Part shown: one piece after another, positions 29,331-38,125 of the stretch
Position numbering within the stretch: position 1 is the stretch's first letter
Layout: the number at the start of each line of letters is the position of its first letter
NCBI RefSeq assembly: GCF_051117495.1
Contig: NZ_JBNPEF010000017.1
Location: 45,158-109,157, forward strand
From: Marivirga sp.
Lineage (GTDB): Bacteria > Bacteroidota > Bacteroidia > Cytophagales > Cyclobacteriaceae
Direction: 5' to 3'
DNA: 64,000 bases
Made by a program: the position numbers and the translations under genes
Notes under the pieces: model-generated
What the model saw: only the letters and a program-made list of their open reading frames with translations
Database searches by the model: none
What the model was told of the DNA's origin: nothing

Positions 29331-30296
29331 TTAAAGTCTGATCACCACTTTTCCAGTATGCTTTCCTTCTCCAAAATATTGAATCAATTGGGGAATTTCA
29401 TGGAAGGCATAGGGACCATCGATAACGGGTTTGATTTTACCTTCGGCATATAATTGGTTGATGGTATCAAGCCCTTGATTCGGCTGTAGTGCCAAAAGCA
29501 GAAACTTCTTTCCGCTTAAAATAGAGATTAATCCGCTGCTTAATCCGAATAGTATTAAATTACCAGCTGTTCCTCCTACCGTAACGTATTTTCCCTTAGG
29601 CTTCAAGGCTTTTAGATAGTTCCAAGTCGGCTGAGAGGTCTTCGCATCCAGAATCAAATCATAGCGCTCGCCTCTTTTGGTGAAATTCTCTTTTTTATAA
29701 TCAATGACCTCATCATAACCTATGGTCTTCATATTGTTGAGCTTTTCGCCTGTGTCAACACCCGTTACTTCTGCACCATACATTTTAGCGATTTGCAGTG
29801 CAAAAGTACCTACTCCTCCACCGGCACCATTAATCAAAATCTTCTGTTCATTCTGAATTTTCCCTTTCTCTACTAGTCCTTGGTAAGCTAGCAATGCAGC
29901 ATGTGGAATAGCAGTGGCTTCTTCAAAACTCATGGCCTCTGGTTTTAATACCACAGCTTTCTCATTGATGGCAATGTATTCAGCGAAACTTCCGAAGCCA
30001 AATTCAGAAATATCTCCATAAACTGCATCTCCTTTTTTAAATTGTGTAACGCCTTCTCCAATATCTTCAATCACGCCCGATAATTCCATTCCAGCAATAG
30101 GACGCTTTGGTTTTGTAAGTCCAAATATTAAGCGATACAGATAGGGTTTTCCTCTCACCATGCCCCAATCATAGTCATTGATGGCGGTGGCATGTATTTT
30201 TACCAATATTTCATGTTTAGCAGGAACCGGATTGGGCACCTCTTTGATTTCGAGTTCTTCTGGAGAGGCGTAATGAGAACAAAAAACGGCTTTCAT
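29331..30296 (-). CDS. NAD(P)-dependent alcohol dehydrogenase/quinone oxidoreductase (MDR family)
   Basis: ILVKIHATAINDYD, GMELSG, INGAGGGVGTFALQIAK, GKHTGKVVI. Confidence 0.9.
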   Translation of the reverse strand: MKAVFCSHYASPEELEIKEVPNPVPAKHEILVKIHATAINDYDWGMVRGKPYLYRLIFGLTKPKRPIAGMELSGVIEDIGEGVTQFKKGDAVYGDISEFGFGSFAEYIAINEKAVVLKPEAMSFEEATAIPHAALLAYQGLVEKGKIQNEQKILINGAGGGVGTFALQIAKMYGAEVTGVDTGEKLNNMKTIGYDEVIDYKKENFTKRGERYDLILDAKTSQPTWNYLKALKPKGKYVTVGGTAGNLILFGLSSGLISILSGKKFLLLALQPNQGLDTINQLYAEGKIKPVIDGPYAFHEIPQLIQYFGEGKHTGKVVIRL

Positions 30297-30457
30297 CTGA
30301 TAGAGGTTTATAGTTTTTGAGTAAAAACAAATTACTCATTTAATGAAGATAGCATTTTCCATTTAATGTTGATAAAAAACTGTTTGTAATCTTACTGACT
30401 ACAAATCACATATTAACCTGTCCGGAAACACTAATTCCCTCATTTCTGGCTTCCTAT

Positions 30458-30931
30458 TCAAGCAAAGACTAAATAAGCGGCTGCCAACAAAGCAGGATAT
30501 GATCTGTAAAGAATAGGAATTACCGTATGCAGATTCTTTACATTTATTACTCGCAAAACCAGCAGAATGACGGTAGTGATTGCAATAGTGATGCCTCCAA
30601 TCGTGAGTAAATTTTCAGCTCCTTTAAAATCTTGTAAGAAAAACATAATTCCTATGGTAGTCACAGCCGTTCCAATCCATAGTACTTTTGGCACAATTAC
30701 AAGTCCTAATAATGCTTTAAAGCCGCCTCCTTCTTCTTTATCGTTGTTTTCTTCTGAAGAAGATTCTTCATTTTGATTCGGAAATTGGGCGAATAAAAAG
30801 AAAACCAATCCTAGTCCAGCCAAACTGATGAGATATAAAATATCCAATTTTGTTCCAATTGATTCTAGGACAACGGCTATAGCTAATAAGCCTAAAAGTA
30901 AAAATTCAGCTTTGGAAAGGTATTTAATCAT
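30458..30931 (-). CDS. Hypothetical multi-TM membrane protein
   Basis: 157 aa with about five hydrophobic helices and an acidic loop. Confidence 0.65.
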   Translation of the reverse strand: MIKYLSKAEFLLLGLLAIAVVLESIGTKLDILYLISLAGLGLVFFLFAQFPNQNEESSSEENNDKEEGGGFKALLGLVIVPKVLWIGTAVTTIGIMFFLQDFKGAENLLTIGGITIAITTVILLVLRVINVKNLHTVIPILYRSYPALLAAAYLVFA

Positions 30932-31101
30932 GCTTGTCTATTTAAGGTTTGAATAGTACCAAACTTAATAAAAAAAGTTAATTCTATGCCTTCTTATGAG
31001 TTAAAAAGCTCAAATGCTGTAAAATCCAATGCTTCAAAAAGCTGTCTTTTAAGAAAGAAATCCTGTAACTTGCATTTTAATTCATTGCAAATAATCAATA
31101 T

Positions 31102-31305
31102 ATGGCTGACGGAAAAAATAGAAACAATATAAAAATTGGAGATGAAGTGGAAATTGTGCAAAAACAAGATCAGCGAACTGGTGATCTGACCAATGGGTTT
31201 GTGAAAAAGATATTGACTAAATCTGCCTTTCATCCGCATGGTATAAAAGTGATGCTGGAAACTGGTGAAGTGGGAAGGGTGAAGGAGGTTTTGGAGGAGG
31301 ATTAG
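31102..31305 (+). CDS. YwbE/DUF2196 family protein
   Basis: IVQKQDQRTG.LT.G.VK.ILTKS.FHPHGIKVMLETGEVGRV. Confidence 0.9.
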   Translation: MADGKNRNNIKIGDEVEIVQKQDQRTGDLTNGFVKKILTKSAFHPHGIKVMLETGEVGRVKEVLEED

Positions 31306-31322
31306 TGAGGTGGTAGATTATT

Positions 31323-31351
31323 GGCACACGGAACACGCATGCGCCAACGGG
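31323..31351. repeat. REP-like unit related to the 17819 family
   Basis: GGCACACGGAACACGCATGCGCCAACGGG resembles GCACAAGCGGATGCTTGCGCCA; lies between convergent genes. Confidence 0.4.
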
Positions 31352-31366
31352 AAAATATTATTATAC

Positions 31367-31723
31367 TTACGGGCATTCATTATCGTTAAATTCCAACCCA
31401 TAGAGCACTAATTCTATACTTTCGTCACCATCATCGGTTATATGACCTTTCTCTTTTACTGTTGCAGGTCTTGAAGTAAAAAATATAGTTGTTCCAGAAC
31501 TTTGATAATTATCGGGAATATTTAATAGCACAATTACATTTTTTTCTCCCTGCCAACTCACGGCTTGTTCATGATCTTGATCCAAAGAAACAGCAAGGCC
31601 TCCACCACTACTTCTTATTTTTCCAATAACTTCCCCACTCAAGCACTGAAATTCAACATCTTCACAACCTGTAAGGAATACAAGAATACTAAAGCCCAAT
31701 AATAAAATTATTGTTTTTTTCAT
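31367..31723 (-). CDS. Hypothetical lipoprotein
   Basis: Lipobox LTGC; 118 aa. Confidence 0.7.
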   Translation of the reverse strand: MKKTIILLLGFSILVFLTGCEDVEFQCLSGEVIGKIRSSGGGLAVSLDQDHEQAVSWQGEKNVIVLLNIPDNYQSSGTTIFFTSRPATVKEKGHITDDGDESIELVLYGLEFNDNECP

Positions 31724-31934
31724 GTTAATAATATATTGTACCTTTTAATTAACTGTTCATTTGTCTATAATATTGTAAATTACAAAATACTAGGGGTAAG
31801 CTTTATGTAATTCTTTTCTGGTTTTCTTTTAGACTCCGGGATATTTAAGCTCAAGGATTAGTGATGTTTAGAGAATGATCGTTTATATAAAAAAACAATT
31901 CGATTTAAAAACGATTAAAAGCTAGAAAATGACC

Positions 31935-32666
31935 TCATTCCTCAATCAATTCCAATACTCTTGGTAAAATCCTATCTGTCCAAAGGGAATATTGGTATCC
32001 ACTTGGGTGCAAATTATCGCTAGCTAATGCTCCTGAAGAAGCTCCTAAATCACGGGATATGGAAGTAATATCGATAAAGGGAATGTCCGCTTCATTGCAG
32101 ACCGATTTGGCGTACTCATTATATTGATCAATTTCTCTCGCTATTTTTTCACTATTGGAGCTTCCAAAAGGCGTAACCCCATAATCCGGAATGGAGACTA
32201 CAAAGACATTTCCACCTGCTCCTGCTATTTGAGTTGCGATTTGAAGTAGCGAATCAAACTCAGTTTCATATAGTGAATATGGCTTTCCTTGATATTGATT
32301 GTTTACACCAATCAAGAGCGATACTAAATTATAATCTCCTGTATCTATATCATAAGATTCTATGGCTCCTAATAAATTACTTGTGGTCCAACCCGTTAGG
32401 GCAATTATTTCAACTTCCACATGCAATGTAGTTTCTTGTTCAATCCGCTGGCTTAATTGTACTGGCCATCGTTCATTCTCCGAAACGCCCTGACCAATGG
32501 TATAGGAATCTCCCAAAGCTAAATATTGAAGGTCTGTTTCTGCTGTGTCTGAATCATTATTATCGATTTCATCAAAGTCGATCTCATCTGTTGAATTTTC
32601 GCAAGCCAACATGAAAAAAATTGATATCACTAAGAAAGTATGAAATAAATAAGTGCCTTGTCTCAT
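31935..32666 (-). CDS. SGNH/GDSL hydrolase lipoprotein
   Basis: LALGDSY, ALTGWTT, IGVNN and DNLHP catalytic blocks; lipobox MLAC. Confidence 0.9.
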   Translation of the reverse strand: MRQGTYLFHTFLVISIFFMLACENSTDEIDFDEIDNNDSDTAETDLQYLALGDSYTIGQGVSENERWPVQLSQRIEQETTLHVEVEIIALTGWTTSNLLGAIESYDIDTGDYNLVSLLIGVNNQYQGKPYSLYETEFDSLLQIATQIAGAGGNVFVVSIPDYGVTPFGSSNSEKIAREIDQYNEYAKSVCNEADIPFIDITSISRDLGASSGALASDNLHPSGYQYSLWTDRILPRVLELIEE

Positions 32667-32796
32667 GCTATAGGAACACAGATAAATAAAATTAGTTTTT
32701 GCAATGCTGATTTGAGCTCTACACTCAAGTTATCAAGAACTTACGAAGTACAGTAGAAAAATAGATTTTTATCTTTGGATTGATTCGATGGATAAT

Positions 32797-33483
32797 TCAC
32801 AAATCATTTTCTTCAGGTGCTGGTCTGATGCCGAATATTAAAAGATATCCTATCATCCAAAATTCACCTATGCTAGCTGGTATTGTCAAATAATCTAGCC
32901 AAGATGCAGTTACACCTGCATAATTAAGCAATATACTGACGATATAACCAATTCCACCAATTATCAATATCCTTCCCAACCAAATCGGCATTCTTTGCGA
33001 ACTGCTAATGATATAACCTAAGGGAATTAGCCAAAGACCAAAGAAAAGACCTCCTACTGCCCATGAATTTGAAATCAGCTGATTAAAAAGCTCAATTAAA
33101 AGTACTTTCTCTTCTATAGTGTGATCCGAAGAAGCTACTGCAATAGCCGAAGCCATTGATATTGCGCTGATCATAATGATTACTGCATTCACTGTTCCCC
33201 AAATTCCAGTCGCTAAAGCAGCCGCATTATTGATCTTTCTGAAGAGTTTATAAAACCAAATGGCTGTAAGTGCTTGAGAAATAATAATTACAAATTCCAA
33301 TATTAAGCGAATACGGGCTGTTGGTTCTGCCTCAATTAAATTGGTTAATGTTACTTGCGGATCTGCATTGAAAACCTGCGAATGAAACACCAGAAATCCT
33401 AGGACACCTGAAACGGCCAGTAATAAATACCATATACCAGCAAGCCTTGCTGTACTCTTTAACTCCTTACTGATATGATTCAT
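32797..33483 (-). CDS. DUF4386-family membrane protein
   Basis: TARLAGIWYLL, FFGLWLIPLGY, GEFWMIGYLLIFG. Confidence 0.85.
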   Translation of the reverse strand: MNHISKELKSTARLAGIWYLLLAVSGVLGFLVFHSQVFNADPQVTLTNLIEAEPTARIRLILEFVIIISQALTAIWFYKLFRKINNAAALATGIWGTVNAVIIMISAISMASAIAVASSDHTIEEKVLLIELFNQLISNSWAVGGLFFGLWLIPLGYIISSSQRMPIWLGRILIIGGIGYIVSILLNYAGVTASWLDYLTIPASIGEFWMIGYLLIFGIRPAPEENDL

Positions 33484-33607
33484 TTTATTTCATTTAGTGT
33501 ATGGACTAAAGGTATTAGAGCCAGATTGAAAAACGAATGCTAATACTTTAGTATAATAATCATTAGATGCATAAGATAAGGCTTTTGTTGCAGCTCTTTG
33601 CCAAAGC

Positions 33608-33982
33608 TTAAGTGGATTTACTCTTTCGTTGATTAGATTTCATTTCATCAAGCATTAAAGCTTCTTGAATAATTTCATAAACCTGATCTCTAGGAATATC
33701 TACCACTTTTGAAAAGGTAATTCCTGCAACCTGTTTCCGACCATTGGCTTCCAGTAAACCTTGTTGGTTTGATAATTCCTTTCCATATAAAAAAGCTAGT
33801 TCAACCGCATTATTTTTAATAGGATTTAGATAGCAAACCCAAGATTTATGATAATAAAACGGGATTTTAAACCTTATTTTATCTTCTAATTCTAATTGGT
33901 GTGCCAGTAGTTCATGAAAATATAGCATAATTTCTCTTTGCTTATTTTCCAGTTGGTTTATGAAATCTTCAACATTTGCCAT
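33608..33982 (-). CDS. DUF1801 (YdhG-like) protein
   Basis: VEDFINQL...KIPFYY...LAFLYG..L...LLE..GRK. Confidence 0.8.
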   Translation of the reverse strand: MANVEDFINQLENKQREIMLYFHELLAHQLELEDKIRFKIPFYYHKSWVCYLNPIKNNAVELAFLYGKELSNQQGLLEANGRKQVAGITFSKVVDIPRDQVYEIIQEALMLDEMKSNQRKSKST

Positions 33983-34012
33983 TTTGTTGACTTTGAAAAA
34001 ATACTATCTCTT

Positions 34013-34048
34013 AAAATAAAAGTGCAAGGACTCTGATCAAGTCCCTGC
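34013..34048 (-). terminator. Rho-independent terminator of the M13 peptidase gene
   Basis: Minus strand GCAGGGACT-TGATCAG-AGTCCTTGC followed by ACTTTTATTTT. Confidence 0.65.
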
Positions 34049-34063
34049 CCCTATTAAGCTATT

Positions 34064-36097
34064 TTACCAAACGGCTACTCTTTCCTCTTCAGGTAAATAC
34101 ATTTTATCTTCTGGCTGAATCTCAAAGGCCTCATAAAAAGCTGGTATATTCATTAATGGCCCGTTTACACGCCACATTGGGGGTGAATGCGAATTGGTTT
34201 TGATCCACAAGCGAAGATATTCATCTTTCATTTTTACACGCCATATTCTGGCCAATGACATAAAGAATCGTTGATCCGGTGTAAAGCCGTCTATCTTGGT
34301 AGTATCTTGTCCTTGCTCTGTCATTTTAAATGCATCATAAGCTACAGCTAATCCGCTTAAGTCAGCAGTATTTTCACCTACCGTCATGGCGCCATTGATA
34401 TGCAATGTATCTTGAACAGTGAATGAACTGTAAAGGTCTACCACGGCCTGCGTTCTGGCATTAAATTCCTCATAATCGGCTTTAGTCCACCAGTTATTCA
34501 CATTACCGTCCTTATCAAATTGCGCACCTTGATCATCAAATGAATGGGTAAGTTCATGCCCGATTACCATACCAATTCCACCATAATTGAGCGCATCATC
34601 TGCTTCATAGTCAAAATAAGGAGGCTGTAAAATTCCTGCAGGAAACACGATTTCATTTGCAGAAGGATTATAATAAGCGGTTACGGTTGATGGGGTTGTG
34701 TACCATTCTTTTTTATTGACCGGCTGGCCAAGTTTAGCTAGATTATAATCATATTGAGCTTTTGAAGCTGAAAGGATGTTAGCGAAATAGTCATTGGGCA
34801 CGACTTCTACATTACTATAATCTCGCCACTCATCTGGATACCCAATCTTTTTAGTGATGGAGAATAATTTTTCCTTTGCCTTAACTTTTGTACTGTCTGT
34901 CATCCATTCCAGTTGATCAATTCGGTTGGCATAAGCCTTCTGAGCATTATCCAATAATTCCAGCATTCGTTCTTTAGCGGATTCTGGAAAGTATTTTTTC
35001 ACATATAATTGCCCTAATGCTTCTCCCAACATATTATCCACAGCACTTGCCATTTTTTCGCCTCTTGTTTTTTGAACAGACTGACCAGAGATCACTTTAG
35101 TATAGGCAAATTCTGCATCCACAAAATCTTTGCTCAAGTTGTCAGCATAATTCCGTAAAGTGGTGGCCTTTAGATAAAGCTTCCAATCTTCAAGGGGAAT
35201 GCTGGTTAAGAGTTTATTTAATTTTTCATAATAATCGGGTTGACCTACATCTACAGAATCTGTCTCGGCCCCCATTTCATTTAGTAATCTACTCCAAGCT
35301 ATATTGGGATACATTTCATTTAAATCTTCAACAGAAAATTTATTGTAGTTGGCTTTCACATCTCTTAGCTCTACTCGGGTTCTATGCGATTCTGCTATTT
35401 GTTTTTCTATTTCGTAAATGGTTTCCGCATTTTTCTCTGCTTGTTCAGCATCCGTTCCGCTCAATTCAAAAAGTGTAGTCAAATATTTTTTATAAGCATT
35501 TTGTATTCCTGCGGTAGAGGAATTGTCTTCGAAATAATAATCTCTATTAGGCAATCCTATTCCTGTTTGATAGGCATGAGCAATATTAATTTTGCTGTTT
35601 TTATCATCCGGACCTACATAAAAGCCTATGATGGAATTATTTTGCTGCTTGGTTTGTGAAGCTACATAGCTCATCAAAGTAGGAACATCATTTATATCCT
35701 CAATTTCAGAAAGAATTGGCTGAATAGGCTGGTGGCCTTTATTATTAATGATTACAGTATCCATTCCCGAAGCATAAAAATCGCCTACTTTCTGTTCTAT
35801 GCTTCCTTTAGCATTATCCAATTGTGAGACGCTGTCCAATAAATTTTGAAGGCGCAATCTTTGCGGATAATTCATGAACCGATAAGCACCTACTCCCGCT
35901 TGGGTTTCGGGTATTGAGACTGAATCATACCATATTCCGTTTACATATTGGAAAAAATTATCCCCTGGATTTCTGGTAGAGTCTATGCCTTCAATGGCTA
36001 CATATTTTACTTTGGTGGCCGTTTCTGGTTTTTGATCTGTACAGGCCAATATCAACAGTCCTGCAATAATGAGCGAGAAATAGGATTTTATGTTCAT
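34064..36097 (-). CDS. M13 family metalloendopeptidase (PepO/neprilysin-like) lipoprotein
   Basis: PGDNFFQYVNG.W, AYYNPSANEIVFPAGILQPP, GHELTHSFD and GENTAD; lipobox ILAC. Confidence 0.93.
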   Translation of the reverse strand: MNIKSYFSLIIAGLLILACTDQKPETATKVKYVAIEGIDSTRNPGDNFFQYVNGIWYDSVSIPETQAGVGAYRFMNYPQRLRLQNLLDSVSQLDNAKGSIEQKVGDFYASGMDTVIINNKGHQPIQPILSEIEDINDVPTLMSYVASQTKQQNNSIIGFYVGPDDKNSKINIAHAYQTGIGLPNRDYYFEDNSSTAGIQNAYKKYLTTLFELSGTDAEQAEKNAETIYEIEKQIAESHRTRVELRDVKANYNKFSVEDLNEMYPNIAWSRLLNEMGAETDSVDVGQPDYYEKLNKLLTSIPLEDWKLYLKATTLRNYADNLSKDFVDAEFAYTKVISGQSVQKTRGEKMASAVDNMLGEALGQLYVKKYFPESAKERMLELLDNAQKAYANRIDQLEWMTDSTKVKAKEKLFSITKKIGYPDEWRDYSNVEVVPNDYFANILSASKAQYDYNLAKLGQPVNKKEWYTTPSTVTAYYNPSANEIVFPAGILQPPYFDYEADDALNYGGIGMVIGHELTHSFDDQGAQFDKDGNVNNWWTKADYEEFNARTQAVVDLYSSFTVQDTLHINGAMTVGENTADLSGLAVAYDAFKMTEQGQDTTKIDGFTPDQRFFMSLARIWRVKMKDEYLRLWIKTNSHSPPMWRVNGPLMNIPAFYEAFEIQPEDKMYLPEEERVAVW

Positions 36098-36261
36098 ATT
36101 AAATTTTTCAATTTTTCATTCTATACCGAATTTACTGGGAATATACTTTTAATCCAATCTAAAATTTACCAGCGGTATACTGATTTTTCAATATCATCGA
36201 GTAAAAAATGTGTCTTTTCATAAATGTCTCCGTCATAGGGGTGAATTTTAAAAATAGAAAG

Positions 36262-36660
36262 ATGAAAAGAATACACATTATGTTGAATGTAAGTAGTTTA
36301 GAAAATGCAAAAAAATTTTATTCCGCTTTATTGGGAAGCGCTCCCACAAAAGAAAAAGAGGATTACTTACAATGGAAAATTGATAATCCAAGCCTGAATT
36401 TGAGTTTAAAAAGTAATTCTGCAGAAGCTTTTGGAGTCAATCACTTAGGCATTGAAGCCAGTTCTGAGGAGGAACTGAAAGGACTTTATCAACAAGCTAA
36501 AAATGCGAATGTGGCCATGGAAGAGGAAGGGTTAACTACCTGCTGCTATGCAAAATCGCAAAAATCATGGGCAAAAGATCAGGACCAGAATGAATGGGAA
36601 TTATTTACTACTTATCAGGACAGCCCGGGCTATTATGAAAGTGCTGTTGCATTGAAATAA
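36262..36660 (+). CDS. ArsI/CadI-family glyoxalase-fold metalloenzyme
   Basis: RIHIMLNV, FYSALLG..PTK, NHLGI, TTCCYAKSQKSW and WELF: VOC fold with the vicinal Cys pair of ArsI/CadI. Start at 36262. Confidence 0.85.
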   Translation: MKRIHIMLNVSSLENAKKFYSALLGSAPTKEKEDYLQWKIDNPSLNLSLKSNSAEAFGVNHLGIEASSEEELKGLYQQAKNANVAMEEEGLTTCCYAKSQKSWAKDQDQNEWELFTTYQDSPGYYESAVALK

Positions 36661-36677
36661 ATTTTAGATATTGTATT

Positions 36678-37184
36678 ATGAATGAAGAATGCAAAGCCGT
36701 TTTTCCAATCTATTTGGAATTTAAAGATGAAATACAGCACCATATCCTAAAGAAAGTCAAATCCAAAGAAATAGCTGAGGATTTGACTTCTCAGTTAGCT
36801 CTTAAATTATACGGTATGTGTGAAAAACTACAAGATGTTAAGAACCTAAGAGCATGGTTATATAGGGTGGCTTCAAATGTGGTGATGGATTACTTTAGGG
36901 ATGAACAAAAGAAAATCAACCAGCCCTTAGCTGAAAGTTTCTCAGAAGAAGAGGATCAAGAATTTGTAAATATTGCGGCAGAAAACTGTGTTTTAAAACT
37001 TCTAGAACAACTTCCCGATAAATACAGGGAAGCGGTAAGAATGTCTGATTTGGAAGGTGTAAACCAAAAAGAGATTGCTGAGAAATTAAATATTTCCTAT
37101 TCAGCAGCTAAAATGCGGGTACAAAGAGGAAGGGAGTCCTTGAAATCTAAGTTCTATGAATGCTGTAGCTGTGTTTTGGAGTGA
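36678..37184 (+). CDS. SigZ-like ECF sigma factor with Cys-rich C-terminus
   Basis: NLRAWLYRVASNVVMDYFR; LPDKYREAVRMSDLEG..QKEIAEKL.IS.SAAK.RVQRGR; ends YECCSCVLE. Confidence 0.85.
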   Translation: MNEECKAVFPIYLEFKDEIQHHILKKVKSKEIAEDLTSQLALKLYGMCEKLQDVKNLRAWLYRVASNVVMDYFRDEQKKINQPLAESFSEEEDQEFVNIAAENCVLKLLEQLPDKYREAVRMSDLEGVNQKEIAEKLNISYSAAKMRVQRGRESLKSKFYECCSCVLE

Positions 37185-37202
37185 TTTTTAACAAATGAAA
37201 AT

Positions 37203-37231
37203 TGAAGTAGGAACACAAAACTCCTGCTTCA
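37203..37231. terminator. Hairpin between convergent sigma and OMP genes
   Basis: TGAAGTAGGA-ACACAAAAC-TCCTGCTTCA. Confidence 0.45.
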
Positions 37232-37359
37232 CTAAAACAATAATTTTATACACAAATAGGTCAGATAATAGCAAAAGCGGACGTTTTTGGCAGTCTAATA
37301 TTTTCTGTACTGATTCAAGAAGATATGTTTAACAGAATGAACATTAAAAACCATCATTA

Positions 37360-37956
37360 TCATCGAATACCAAAAGTTAATCCACCCTCAATGATAATCC
37401 CTCCAGGAGAAATTAATTGTAAAACTGCCTGATCAAATGACGATAAAGTCGATCCGTCTTTTACTGTCCAAGGTTGATTTTTTAAAGGTACGGCATAACC
37501 AAGGCTAATATTCAGTGTATTGTATTTCCCAAACCACCAGTTGTAGCCCGCTTTTAAATCAAAGGTGCTGGCACTTTCCAATCGCATATTGACTTCGTTT
37601 GGGGAGCCGTTACCTGAATCAAATTCCATATCGATATCATCAATACCTGAAGATCTTGATAGATTCACTCCGAAAGTAAAACCATGTCTATAGGATTGAT
37701 CATAACGAATTCCGATGGAGGTTCTAATGCCCCAAGCACTTAATCCAAGTCCTCCTTGTGCAAAAAGCGTTTTATCATTTATTATGTAATTTGCAGAAAT
37801 ACCTGCGAGTCCGGTATAAGCATTAATTCCGCTTCCAATCCCTATGTAAAACTTAGGACGATCCTCAGGTTCATAATAACTTCCTTCTGTTTGGTCTTGT
37901 GCTTTTAACTCAAGAGAAAAAATGATGATGCTGAAAATAAGTAGGGCTTTCTTCAT
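37360..37956 (-). CDS. Hypothetical outer-membrane beta-barrel protein
   Basis: Signal peptide (LKAQ), Gly/aromatic alternating strands and a C-terminal GLTFGIR. Confidence 0.7.
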   Translation of the reverse strand: MKKALLIFSIIIFSLELKAQDQTEGSYYEPEDRPKFYIGIGSGINAYTGLAGISANYIINDKTLFAQGGLGLSAWGIRTSIGIRYDQSYRHGFTFGVNLSRSSGIDDIDMEFDSGNGSPNEVNMRLESASTFDLKAGYNWWFGKYNTLNISLGYAVPLKNQPWTVKDGSTLSSFDQAVLQLISPGGIIIEGGLTFGIR

Positions 37957-38073
37957 TATAAATTAATTATTCTCATTAAAGGACTACAAATGTATTTGAA
38001 AAATAATATACAAACTATTAAACTATATAATTTATTTATTCTTGAGATATTGAATAGTATAGTCTTTCAAGAT

Positions 38074-38104
38074 GATAAAAAAGCAAAAGCATCTGCTTTT
38101 GCCC
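38074..38104 (-). terminator. Rho-independent terminator of the PLP-enzyme gene
   Basis: Minus strand GGGCAAAAGCA-GA-TGCTTTTGC followed by TTTTTATC. Confidence 0.65.
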
Positions 38105-38125
38105 ATTATCCCTATATCAGTATCT

